Source of the DNA: an uncultured Chthonomonadaceae bacterium
Lineage (GTDB): Bacteria > Armatimonadota > Chthonomonadetes > Chthonomonadales > Chthonomonadaceae
NCBI GenBank assembly: GCA_963835065.1
Contig: CAWIEK010000063.1
Location: 205,296-269,295 of the forward strand
Direction: 5' to 3'
DNA: 64,000 nucleotides
The translations under genes were made by a program, and so were the position numbers. Positions 41,635 to 51,075 of the stretch are shown piece after piece. The notes beneath the pieces were generated by a model. It ran no database searches. It was given only the letters and a program-made list of their open reading frames with translations, and was not told the origin of the DNA. Positions within the stretch are counted from its first letter, which is position 1. Each line of letters opens with the position of its first letter.

Positions 41635-42594
41635 TTGGAAAACACGCGCCATCTTTTAATGGGAATAGCAACGCTGGCAGGCGCATGGCTGACGCTGAAT
41701 GTGCCCGCCGCGCTTTGCGCCCGCGCCGAACCGCCTGTCCCCCGCGTTGTCACCACATTCGCGTACAGCCCGGCTCCTGACCGGGGCATGCCCCTCGTCC
41801 GCGTACGCCTGAACAACGGACACCGCAATACCGCGTCGGCGGCCTTTGTGCTGGATACGGGCTTTACGGCAAGCTTGATGACCGACCGATTGGCGCAGGA
41901 ATTGAACATGGAGGGCGAACCGGCCCACTTCGCGGATGGCTCCCCGGCCTGCTTCGCCGATGGCAAGCCCTTGCGGCAGGTCACGGCGGGTCTGCTGATG
42001 GGCAGCCTGCAAACGGATGCGCGCAATTTTCTGGTAGTGAAAGCCTATCGGCTGGATTTGCTCGATTGTCCTCTGGATGGGGTTTTGGGAGGGGATTTTC
42101 TGGCGAATTATGCGGTTCTGTTTGATTTTCGAACGCATACGGTGACGCTGTGGCAGGGCGGGGATTTGACGGAAGCGGAGCGGCGAAGTGTCAACATGCA
42201 GGATGCTGTTACGCTTCCCCGCGCTAACAAAACACCGGAAAGTTTTGACGTCCGCGTCCGTTTAAGCAGCCCGCGCGGACAAAGAGACGTGACATTGGCA
42301 ATAGACACGGGCGGGACGCGCACATTGATTGCTCCACAGGACGCCCGCGCCCTGGAACTGGAACCGACCCGCATAGCCGTGCCGCAGCGTACCGTCTTCG
42401 GAAATTTGAAAGCAAACGAGGCAAAAATTCCTGCCCTGGAATTCGGAAGCATCCGCATTTCCGACTTGCCCGTACGCTATCTGGTGCAGGAACACCCCAA
42501 TATGCCGCCGCATCTGGGCCTCGATGTGCTTTCCCACTACCGCCTGCTCCTGGATTATCCCGCCAACAGGCTTTATCTCAAACCCAACGGGTAG
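41635..42594 (+). CDS. Secreted aspartyl protease with two retropepsin-like lobes
   Basis: FVLDTGF and LAIDTGG; DGVLGGDFL and HLGLDVL. Confidence 0.85.
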   Translation: MENTRHLLMGIATLAGAWLTLNVPAALCARAEPPVPRVVTTFAYSPAPDRGMPLVRVRLNNGHRNTASAAFVLDTGFTASLMTDRLAQELNMEGEPAHFADGSPACFADGKPLRQVTAGLLMGSLQTDARNFLVVKAYRLDLLDCPLDGVLGGDFLANYAVLFDFRTHTVTLWQGGDLTEAERRSVNMQDAVTLPRANKTPESFDVRVRLSSPRGQRDVTLAIDTGGTRTLIAPQDARALELEPTRIAVPQRTVFGNLKANEAKIPALEFGSIRISDLPVRYLVQEHPNMPPHLGLDVLSHYRLLLDYPANRLYLKPNG

Positions 42595-42712
42595 GGTTCA
42601 GGTGTCAGGTTTCAGGTTTCAGGAAATGCTCTGCTGTTGCTCTTAATATCATAGTAACAACAAAGCGATGAAAGCATGGTCCCTGACACCTGAAACCTGA
42701 CACCTGACGCCT
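42593..42712. repeat. Inverted heptamer-array element (AGGTKTC) between convergent genes
   Basis: (AGGKKTC)x4, 58-nt spacer, (CCTGAMA)x4. Confidence 0.92.
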
Positions 42713-42715
42713 CCC

Positions 42716-43858
42716 CTACCGCCACTGCACCCCCGCCGACACGCTAAAATCCGGGCCGATATTGCTGAACGCGGGCAGATGGTAATTGTGGATGTCGCCG
42801 TTTTCGGAAAACGAGAGGGTGAGCAAATGGTGGCGATCCAGCACCCGGCGGTAACCGAAGGTTGCGGTAGACTGCCAGCCATCCGCAAAGCGGTTGCCGG
42901 TACGAACCACGCGGGTATTGCCATCCAGTTGCAGGACAAAACTATCGCGGTTGTTGGCGCGGTATTCCAGCGCGGCCAGCGTTTGCAGCGTGTTCGGCTC
43001 CGCGACAGGAACCCGACTTGCGTGTCCCAACAGCGCGCCGCCCACATTGGCGTACACGATAATGTCGCGTCCCAGGCTGTATTGCCCATCCACGCTCACG
43101 CCCACATCCACATTGCCACTGCCCATCAGCAGCGTCGGGTTGCCCGTCGGCAGTTTCAATCCGGCGCGCAGGGCAAGGGCGGCGCGGCCATTGGGCCGAA
43201 GCAGGCCACGCTTGATCGTGATATTGGTTTCGCCCAATCCGAACGCGCTGCCCTGATTAACCACAACCTGCCCATTCGCGTTCGCCAGAAACAGCGTGCT
43301 CTGGTACTTCCGGTAAAAATCGCGCCCGGCGGGATTGTCTTCGCCGTCGCCCTGAAACCCGAAAAGGCTATGGTAGCCGCTCAGGATGCCGTCCAGAATG
43401 CCGCCGTTGCGCCATTGCAGCGGAATGGAAATGCCAAGTTCCGTTTGCCGCCCCAGCCCTCGCTTCCACGCGAACGCCACGCGCTGATACTCATTGTCTT
43501 CCCGCACCTGCGCCCGCCCCTTGGAAGCCGGAATCAGCAGATTGTTGCTGATTTCCAATTGCAGGTTATAGGCGTTGGCGCGGGCCGGCAGCGCAACGGC
43601 TGTTTCCGGCGCAAACTGGAGAAACAGCAGATTGTACGGGCGCGCGTCCCGAACCGGAATCGGCCCGCGCGGATTGCCGTACAGCGGATTGTCGCCCGCG
43701 CCCTGCGCCTGGCAGAAGGCAGAAGACAGAAGGCAGAAGACAGAAGGCAGAAGACAGAAGGCAGAAGGCAGAAGACGGAAGATGGAAGATGAAAGATGTA
43801 AGATGAAGCGTACAAGGCGAATTGCGCAAGGCAAGAGTTGTTTGAAGCGCGATGGCAT
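42716..43858 (-). CDS. Outer-membrane beta-barrel protein (DUF3187-like)
   Basis: GPIPVRDARP, GGILDGILSGYH, LKLPTGN..GSGNVD, FSENGD...PDFS, aromatic C-terminus. Confidence 0.7.
   Translation of the reverse strand: MPSRFKQLLPCAIRLVRFILHLSSSIFRLLPSAFCLLPSVFCLLSSAFCQAQGAGDNPLYGNPRGPIPVRDARPYNLLFLQFAPETAVALPARANAYNLQLEISNNLLIPASKGRAQVREDNEYQRVAFAWKRGLGRQTELGISIPLQWRNGGILDGILSGYHSLFGFQGDGEDNPAGRDFYRKYQSTLFLANANGQVVVNQGSAFGLGETNITIKRGLLRPNGRAALALRAGLKLPTGNPTLLMGSGNVDVGVSVDGQYSLGRDIIVYANVGGALLGHASRVPVAEPNTLQTLAALEYRANNRDSFVLQLDGNTRVVRTGNRFADGWQSTATFGYRRVLDRHHLLTLSFSENGDIHNYHLPAFSNIGPDFSVSAGVQWR
43711..43808. repeat. 14-unit heptamer array within a signal-peptide coding region
   Basis: GRCAGAA x9 grading in phase into GACGGAA, GATGGAA, GATGAAA, GATGTAA, GATGAAG. 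Confidence 0.95.
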
Positions 43859-44138
43859 CCTGTTTACGGTATCCTCATTTCGTTATTTGCTTTGTTTTTC
43901 ACCATTGAGACGGCTATCTCCTAAAGATTCTCGCTTTCTTTTGCGTTGAAAGCCCCGGAAAGCAGCAAATTCGCTAAAATAAAAGAGGAGAACATACGAT
44001 AAAGGGAGAACAACGCCTCACAGCCCCCATAAACTTCGTTACTGACCACATTTTACAGATAAACTGCTCCCCCTTCTGGCGCGCGGCGCGGCCAGGAGAG
44101 GGATCGGGGGTGAGGTAATTTATATTGCGGAGACCGCC

Positions 44139-44858
44139 ATGCACAATTCCCCCCAACACCGAATACCCAATACCGAATACCGAACACCCAACACCGCCTT
44201 CACCCTGATCGAGTTGCTCGTCGTAATCGCCATAATTTCCATATTGGCCGCGCTGCTGTTTCCCGTGTTCGCGCAGGCGCGCGCCAAAGCCAGGGCGACC
44301 TCGTGCGCGTCCAATATGAAACAGGCGGGTTACGCCTTTGCAATGTATGCGCAGGATTATGATGGTCTGTACCCTTGCGCCGTTGACCCCGCAGACCGCG
44401 TTACCCCGCAAATCTGGAACAATTTCCCCGACTTCAAGGCGCAAATCCCCACGCTGCCCTGGCTGCATGAAACCCTGATGCCCTACGTGAAATCCCCGGA
44501 GATATTCCATTGTCCGAGCGATACGGGTACGCTCATCGAAGACTTCACCGGGCTGTATCTTGGAGCCGACCATTCCCTGTTTCGCAAATACGGAACCAGT
44601 TACCTGTACCGCACGGAAATCGCCCTCCGTCATTCGGGCGACGCCTTTTTCCAAACCCCCTCGCAGCTCAATGTATACATGGACGGATCGGGGCTATGGC
44701 ATGGCAGCGGGGCGGACGACCTGGCTATCGGCGTGTTAAAGTTCGACCGTACCAATCCCCTGCTATTTGCGCGCCGTTTCAATACGCTGCACGGCGACGG
44801 GCATGTGAAAAGCCTGACATTCAGCCAGGTTTGGGAACTCTGGGCAACGCCGTTGTAA
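44139..44858 (+). CDS. Prepilin-type N-terminal cleavage/methylation protein (DUF1559-like)
   Basis: [17 protein letters not shown]...; [16 protein letters not shown]. Confidence 0.9.
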   Translation: MHNSPQHRIPNTEYRTPNTAFTLIELLVVIAIISILAALLFPVFAQARAKARATSCASNMKQAGYAFAMYAQDYDGLYPCAVDPADRVTPQIWNNFPDFKAQIPTLPWLHETLMPYVKSPEIFHCPSDTGTLIEDFTGLYLGADHSLFRKYGTSYLYRTEIALRHSGDAFFQTPSQLNVYMDGSGLWHGSGADDLAIGVLKFDRTNPLLFARRFNTLHGDGHVKSLTFSQVWELWATPL

Positions 44859-45037
44859 TAGTTTACTTTTGATGACGAAATTGGCTAGAATGAATCGGGC
44901 GCAACAGTCTTGCGCAGCGACTGGCATAAGGAATGGGAAGGATGCTCTGAAAGGATGGGAGGAAGGAGGGAGCGACTGGAAAATGTCTCTTACAAGCAAG
45001 TTAAGATAGAAAAGAAAGCCGGAAAGGGAAAACAAAC

Positions 45038-47095
45038 ATGTCTGAATACTCTCTAAGTGAGAACCGAGCCAATTACGCGCCCCAAAAAACGGAGGCCGCA
45101 GCAGGAGGGAATATGGAAGTACAAACCAGAGAAGCGCAATCTAAAGGCGCGCGGCCGGAACAGGGAAGTTCTCCCTCGCCCTTGCGCTCCGCCGAGGCTT
45201 TCGATAGTTACTGCGTACAGGTGCAAAGCCGTCTCGCCGAACATGCGGCGCAGCGCATTCATTTTTTACAATCCGCTTTTGAACGCTTGACGCGCCTGCT
45301 GCACACGGCGCGCGATGTAGAAGATACTTCGCTTTATAACGAACTCTGGCAGCACCGCGTTGCCGTGCGCGAACTGTTGGAGGCGCTCACGCAGGTTGGC
45401 AGTTCCGTTACAGCCGTTGCTACTTCCACTGCTTCCGCTTCCGCCGCTGTTTCCCCTGCTCCCCCCGCCTCCGGCCTGAGCCACGCGGACAGCGGTTTGG
45501 CCGGCAACAAAGCCCCTTCCAGTACGCCTCTTTATTCCCCTTCCGCTTCCTCTCCCGCCATTGCGGACAAAACAGGTTTGGACAAAACAGGGAATGACAC
45601 TGCGGCTTCCACATCAGGAACAACGTATCCTGCCGTTCCCCTGCCTGCCAAGTCCCTGCCGCATCCCTCCGGCGCGGCCAATGGACACGCGCAGCGCGAC
45701 CCGGAAATGGACGAGAATGACGAGCGCTCTTCGCCCAATTCCCGCGACTACAACAGGGACGGCCAATATGACAACAGAATGGAACCGGCCCCGCGTCCCC
45801 TGCGCCATCCTGTCCGCCCGCTGATGGACATCGAAACGGATGCCGTGGAACTGCGTAAGCAATTACAGGATTGGGCGAACCGCTTCCCCCTGCGAACCGC
45901 TTCCGGCAATCTGCACGTGCCCAACTGCCTGCGCCTGCGGGCGATGGCCTGCCGTCAGCGCCGCTTGGAAGAAGAAGCCGGCGATACGGAAGTGGAGGAA
46001 GTGACCGAATTAAGCAAAGATATTGTAGATATTTTAGATCGCGCGGGCGATGAAGAATACACGGTTGCGCTGGATTACGACGTAGAGCCGCCGCCCACAG
46101 CATTCCAGTGGGGCGAACTGGCCGAGCGCTATGATGAAACGGCGATGGCGGAAGAAGCGTTCGAGTGGTGGGTTGCCAACCGCGCCATTCTGTCGGTTTC
46201 TGACGTGCAGCAGTTAGCCGAGTCCGTTGCGGCCATTCAGCAGCGGTTTAATCGCCTCCTGTTCCGCATTGGAGCGCGCGACCCGTTCCAGCAGCAATTA
46301 TTTGATGACCTGCGCGTGTGGGCTAAAGAAGCGCAGTGTTACCTGTACAGCCTCCGCCCCAAAGTGCCGATTGCGGAACTGATTGAAAAAGCGCAGATGA
46401 TTGACGAAGCATGGGAGCAGGCGCGCGAACCCGTGCGCGCGCTGGAAGAGCGGCAGCAAAGCGTAGACGCGGTTGTAGATATGGTAGCCGCGCCCGGATT
46501 TGGCGAAAACGAGGCCGAGGACGAATCACGCTTGCAGGCCGCGCTGATGCACTGCCGCGAATTGCGTATTCCCGCGTCCGACCGGCGATTGCGCGACGCG
46601 TTGCTGCCCTGGGCGGCGTTCCTGGAAGGCGACGAGCGTTTCAAAGAATTACTGCGCGAAATCAATCTGGAATGGGAGCGGCGTCAGGAAATCGGACGCC
46701 CCGAAGCCGTAGAGGAAGAGCCGTCCGGCGCTCTGGACGAACTGGCGGCGGAACTGGAAGCCGTGCGCGAAGTGACGCGAGGCAAGCGCTGCCTGCTGCT
46801 GGGCGGAACGTGCCGCGAGGAGAACCGCCGCAAGATCGAGGAAGCGCTGCAATTGTCCGAACTGGTCTGGCCCAGCACCAAGCCGTCCGACCCGCTTTCC
46901 AAATTTGACACGGAACTGCGCCATTCCGATATTTGCGCCCTGCTCACGCGCTTTTCCCGCAAGGAATGGAAGAACGCGCAGGACATTTGCGCCCGCGATG
47001 GTAAAAAGTTCGTGCATCTGACAACGGGCTACGGCGTGTCGCAGGTGGTTCGCCACTTCTACACGCAAATCGCGCCGCAGAAGGCGGGAAGTTGA
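45038..47095 (+). CDS. Large helical hypothetical protein with C-terminal DUF2325-like domain
   Basis: Long ORF with typical codon bias; C-terminal GKRCLLLGG...LLTRFSRK...KFVHLTTGYGVSQV. Confidence 0.7.
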   Translation: MSEYSLSENRANYAPQKTEAAAGGNMEVQTREAQSKGARPEQGSSPSPLRSAEAFDSYCVQVQSRLAEHAAQRIHFLQSAFERLTRLLHTARDVEDTSLYNELWQHRVAVRELLEALTQVGSSVTAVATSTASASAAVSPAPPASGLSHADSGLAGNKAPSSTPLYSPSASSPAIADKTGLDKTGNDTAASTSGTTYPAVPLPAKSLPHPSGAANGHAQRDPEMDENDERSSPNSRDYNRDGQYDNRMEPAPRPLRHPVRPLMDIETDAVELRKQLQDWANRFPLRTASGNLHVPNCLRLRAMACRQRRLEEEAGDTEVEEVTELSKDIVDILDRAGDEEYTVALDYDVEPPPTAFQWGELAERYDETAMAEEAFEWWVANRAILSVSDVQQLAESVAAIQQRFNRLLFRIGARDPFQQQLFDDLRVWAKEAQCYLYSLRPKVPIAELIEKAQMIDEAWEQAREPVRALEERQQSVDAVVDMVAAPGFGENEAEDESRLQAALMHCRELRIPASDRRLRDALLPWAAFLEGDERFKELLREINLEWERRQEIGRPEAVEEEPSGALDELAAELEAVREVTRGKRCLLLGGTCREENRRKIEEALQLSELVWPSTKPSDPLSKFDTELRHSDICALLTRFSRKEWKNAQDICARDGKKFVHLTTGYGVSQVVRHFYTQIAPQKAGS

Positions 47096-47202
47096 TAGTT
47101 TGTAGTTGATAGTTGATAGTTGATAGCTCGAAGTTCCTGTAGCGCTATCAACCGTCAGCTGGCAGCGAATAACTATCAACTATCAACTACAAACTATCAA
47201 CT
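47090..47202. repeat. Inverted heptamer-array element (AGTTGAT), 32-bp perfect arms
   Basis: AGTTGATAGTTTGTAGTTGATAGTTGATAGTT and its reverse complement; contains the upstream TGA and abuts the downstream ATG. Confidence 0.95.
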
Positions 47203-48645
47203 ATGATAAACGCTAACGCTTTTCAAGGGTCTTTGCGCAATGCCGTGCTTGTGCCATTGCTGGGACTGTTTCTGCTGGTCGCCATTCTGTTTTTTCAGGT
47301 AAGCAATCTGATGGAGGCCGCGCGTTGGACGGATCACACCTATCAAGTGATTCTGGAAGCGCGTTCGCTGCGCCTCGCCATTCAGCGTATGCAAAATGCC
47401 GAGCAGGATTACCTGCTGGCGCATGAGAAAACCTATCAAGGCCAGTACGCGCAGGCCAGATCCGACGCGAAACTTGATATTGAACATTTATTGGGGCTGG
47501 TTGTGGACAATCCGCCGCAAGTGGCGCGGATGCAAACCATCAACAGCGGTTTCGACCGTTGGCAGGCGAATGCGCAGACTGAGAAGGTTTACGATCCGAA
47601 CCACGATTACCGCGCAATGCTGGCGCAGCGGCAAAGCGCGGTAAATAGCCTGGACGCGCAGCTCAACGAATTTCGCGGCGTGGAAGAGAAACTGCTTGTG
47701 GAGCGCACAGAGGCGACGCGAAATGCGGCGCATACAACGCGGACGGTGGTAGCCGCGCTTGCTCTGCTTTTGGGCGTTGTGATGGCAATCTTCATTCGGC
47801 GGCAGTTGGTCACGCTCGCCGGCAGCTATCAGGGCGCGCTCAGTTCGGTGCAGGAACAGGCCGATGCCCTGCGCCGCAATAGTGAGGAGATTCATCGCAA
47901 CAGCGAGGAGATCAAAGCCTTAAACGCCACGCTCGAACAGCGCGTGTTGGAACGCACGGCGCAGTTGGAAGCGTCTAATAAGGAACTCGAAGCCTTCAGC
48001 TATTCCGTTTCGCACGACCTGCGCGCGCCCCTGCGCAGCATTGACGGCTTCAGTCAGGCGCTGATGGAAGATTACGGCGACGTGATTGACGCAGAGGGCA
48101 AGAAATATCTGGATCGCCTGCGCAACAACAGCCGCCAGATGGCCGGTCTGATTGACGATCTGCTGGCGCTGTCGCGCCTGACGCGGGCGGAAATGAAGCG
48201 TGTTCCCGTAGATGTAAGCGCGTTGGCGCGGAGCGTGGCGGAAGAATTGCGCCAGCGCGACCCGGAACGCAAAATTACCATCACGGTTGCCGATAATCTA
48301 AACGCGGAGGGCGACGAGCGGCTGCTGCATGTCGCCCTGGAGAATTTACTTGGCAACGCCTGGAAGTTCACGTCGAAAACGCCCGACGCGGTGATTGAAG
48401 TGGGGCAGGAAGCGCAGGACGGGCAAACCGTATTCTTTATACGCGACAACGGCGCGGGCTTCGACATGGCGTATGCCGACAAGCTGTTCGGCGCGTTTCA
48501 GCGGCTGCACGGCGTCAGCGAGTTCGAGGGAACCGGCATCGGGCTGGCAACGGTGCAGCGCGTGATACGACGGCACGGCGGGCGCATCTGGGCAAAGGGC
48601 GAAGTCGGCAAAGGCGCGACGTTCTACTTTACGCTGAGCGTTTGA
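47203..48645 (+). CDS. CHASE3 sensor histidine kinase
   Basis: WTDHTYQV...LVVDNPPQ (CHASE3); FSYSVSHDLRAPLR; NAWKF; DNGAGF; GTGIGL. Confidence 0.93.
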   Translation: MINANAFQGSLRNAVLVPLLGLFLLVAILFFQVSNLMEAARWTDHTYQVILEARSLRLAIQRMQNAEQDYLLAHEKTYQGQYAQARSDAKLDIEHLLGLVVDNPPQVARMQTINSGFDRWQANAQTEKVYDPNHDYRAMLAQRQSAVNSLDAQLNEFRGVEEKLLVERTEATRNAAHTTRTVVAALALLLGVVMAIFIRRQLVTLAGSYQGALSSVQEQADALRRNSEEIHRNSEEIKALNATLEQRVLERTAQLEASNKELEAFSYSVSHDLRAPLRSIDGFSQALMEDYGDVIDAEGKKYLDRLRNNSRQMAGLIDDLLALSRLTRAEMKRVPVDVSALARSVAEELRQRDPERKITITVADNLNAEGDERLLHVALENLLGNAWKFTSKTPDAVIEVGQEAQDGQTVFFIRDNGAGFDMAYADKLFGAFQRLHGVSEFEGTGIGLATVQRVIRRHGGRIWAKGEVGKGATFYFTLSV

Positions 48646-48647
48646 GA

Positions 48648-48745
48648 AGTTGATAGTTGATAGTTGATAGAGACGCGCGGACGGTTAGCTGAACGCCCAT
48701 CCTGTCAGAAGTACCGATGTTACTATCAACTATCAACTATCAACT
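48648..48745. repeat. Inverted heptamer-array element (AGTTGAT)
   Basis: (AGTTGAT)x3, 52-nt spacer, (CTATCAA)x3. Confidence 0.92.
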
Positions 48746-48759
48746 ACATTGAGGGCCGC

Positions 48760-49221
48760 ATGGACAACAAAATGATACTGCTTGTTGAAGACAATCCCGA
48801 CCACGAGCTTCTGACCGTCCGCGCCTTGAAAAAGAACAACATCGCGGGCGGCCTGGTCATTGCGCGGGACGGCGCGGAAGCGCTCGACTTCTTGTTTGGA
48901 ACCGGGGAACACACAGGCCGCGACATGAGCCAGATGCCTGAAGTGATTTTGCTGGATTTGCAGCTTCCCAAAATCGGCGGATTGGAAGTGCTGCGGCGTT
49001 TGCGCCTGGATCGGCGCACCCAATTGCTGCCCGTCGTGATTCTCACGTCTTCGGACGAGGAGCGGGACATGATTTCCGGCTACAAATTCGGCGCCAACAG
49101 CTACATCCGCAAACCTGTGGAGTTTGAGAATTTCATTGAAGCGACGCGACAATTGGGCGTCTACTGGCTGAACCTGAACGAAGCGCCGCCGAAAGCGGGG
49201 GACGACGGGGAGTTTGAATGA
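48760..49221 (+). CDS. Single-domain response regulator
   Basis: ILLVEDN, ILLDLQLP, LTSS, ANSYIRKP. Confidence 0.95.
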   Translation: MDNKMILLVEDNPDHELLTVRALKKNNIAGGLVIARDGAEALDFLFGTGEHTGRDMSQMPEVILLDLQLPKIGGLEVLRRLRLDRRTQLLPVVILTSSDEERDMISGYKFGANSYIRKPVEFENFIEATRQLGVYWLNLNEAPPKAGDDGEFE

Positions 49222-50660
49222 ACAAGCCGATCCGCGTTCTTGTCGTGGAAGATAACGAGGACGACGCGTTGCTGCTTGTGCGAACTCTGCGCAAAAGCGG
49301 GTATGACCCGGAGTACATTCGCGTGGATAACGGCCCGGACATGCAGCAGGCGCTGGACACCCATGCCTGGGATTGCGTGATTTCGGATTATTCCATGCCG
49401 CAATTCAGCGCGCTTTCCGCGCTGAATATGATCCGCGAAAGCGGGCGCGATTTGCCCTGCTTTATTGTATCCGGCACGATCAGCGAGGATATGGCGGTGG
49501 CGGCGATGCGGGCGGGCGCGCACGACTACCTGATGAAAGGCAATTTGCAGCGGCTCGGACCGGCCATTGACCGCGAATTGCAGGAAGCGGCGTTTCGGGC
49601 GCAGCGGCGGCAGGCGGACATGGCCCGGCAGGAAAGCGAAGAGCGGTTTCGCGCCACTTTCAATCAGGCGGCGGTCGGCATCGGGCACGTGTCGCCGGAG
49701 GGCGAATGGCTGATTGTCAATCAAAAACTGTGCGACATTTTAGGTTACGCGGAGCCGGATTTGCGGGCGCGAACCCTCCCGGATGTCATACACACCGCTG
49801 ACCGCCCGGCTTATGAAGCCAACGCGAAGAAGCTGCTGACGGGAGAAAGCGACACGTACTCGCTGGAAACGCGGATGCTGCGGCAGGGGAGTGTGGAAGC
49901 CTGGGTCGAATTGACGGTTTCGCTTGTTCGAGCGGCGAATAGGGAGCCGAAATACTTTATTGCTGTCATGGAAGATATATCGGGGCGTAAGATTGCCGAA
50001 GAAGCCCTGCGAAGCAGTCAGGCGCAATTGGAAGCGCTCAATATCCGTTTGAAGCGCGCGATGGCCGAAACGCACCACCGCGTCAAAAACAATTTGCAGG
50101 TGATTTCCGCCCTTGTCGAACTGCAAATGCAGGAAGGCGTAGACATGGTTCCTGTCAGCGCATTGGCGCGGGTGGGGCAGCATACGCGCGCCCTCGCCCT
50201 GCTGCACGACCTGCTCACCTCGGAAGCCAAAGGCGAAGCGGAAATGGATACCGTTTCCTCCCGCGAAGCCATCAATAAACTAATCCCCATTATTCAGGCG
50301 GCGTCGGGAGGCCGCAACATTCTCCATAACGATGTGGAGGACGTGGCCCTGCCGGTAAAAGCGGGCGCGTCCATCGCGCTCTTAGTCAATGAACTGGTAA
50401 GCAACGCCATCAAGCACGGCAAGGGCGACATCGAAGTGGCGCTGACAACCGCCGACGACATGGTTACACTGGAAGTATGCGACGATGGGCCAGGCTTCCC
50501 GCCCGGTTTCAACAACGCCAAAGCCGCCAACACGGGCCTGGAACTGGTAGAAAGCATCGGCAGATGGGATTTAAGCGGCCAAACCGCCTATGAAAACCGT
50601 CCCGAAGGCGGCGCCCGCGTTCGCGTCACCTTCGCCGTACATAATACGCCCAACACCTGA
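49218..50660 (+). CDS. Receiver-PAS-HisKA_2 hybrid histidine kinase
   Basis: VLVVED/ISDYSMP; PAS FNQAAVG; ETHHRVKNNLQ; NELVSNAIKHG; DDGPG. Confidence 0.93.
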   Translation: MNKPIRVLVVEDNEDDALLLVRTLRKSGYDPEYIRVDNGPDMQQALDTHAWDCVISDYSMPQFSALSALNMIRESGRDLPCFIVSGTISEDMAVAAMRAGAHDYLMKGNLQRLGPAIDRELQEAAFRAQRRQADMARQESEERFRATFNQAAVGIGHVSPEGEWLIVNQKLCDILGYAEPDLRARTLPDVIHTADRPAYEANAKKLLTGESDTYSLETRMLRQGSVEAWVELTVSLVRAANREPKYFIAVMEDISGRKIAEEALRSSQAQLEALNIRLKRAMAETHHRVKNNLQVISALVELQMQEGVDMVPVSALARVGQHTRALALLHDLLTSEAKGEAEMDTVSSREAINKLIPIIQAASGGRNILHNDVEDVALPVKAGASIALLVNELVSNAIKHGKGDIEVALTTADDMVTLEVCDDGPGFPPGFNNAKAANTGLELVESIGRWDLSGQTAYENRPEGGARVRVTFAVHNTPNT

Positions 50661-50705
50661 CACCCAACACCGAATACCTGAACACCTGAACACCCGAATA
50701 CCGAA
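50649..50705. repeat. Solo (unpaired) 7/8-mer array
   Basis: CCCAACA CCTGACA CCCAACA CCGAATA CCTGAACA CCTGAACA CCCGAATA. Confidence 0.8.
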
Positions 50706-50718
50706 GGAATGAACACTA

Positions 50719-51012
50719 ATGGTAGAACATATTGTTTTGTTTCGCTGGAACGCCGATGCCGCGCTCGACGCTATCGAAAGCGCCTTGACCGAGTTGCGCG
50801 GCCTGCAAACGAAAATTCCCGGTATCCTTGACCTGACCTGCGGCGCGAATTTTACCGACCGGGGCAAGGACTTCACGCACGGGCTGGTGGTACGCTTCAC
50901 GGACAAAGCCGCGCTTGAGGCTTATGGCCCGCACCCGGAACATCAGCGCGTGGTTCAGAACTTCATCAATCCCATCCGCGCCGACATTCTCGCCTTCGAT
51001 TTTGAAGCCTGA
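50719..51012 (+). CDS. Dabb family stress-responsive A/B barrel protein
   Basis: HIVLFRW, IPGI, FTHGLVVRF, YGPHPEH. Confidence 0.9.
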   Translation: MVEHIVLFRWNADAALDAIESALTELRGLQTKIPGILDLTCGANFTDRGKDFTHGLVVRFTDKAALEAYGPHPEHQRVVQNFINPIRADILAFDFEA

Positions 51013-51075
51013 ATGTTTCCTGCCCACCTTCGATTGAAGGCGTAAACGCTTCCCGAATGGCCTGTTGTACCCGCA

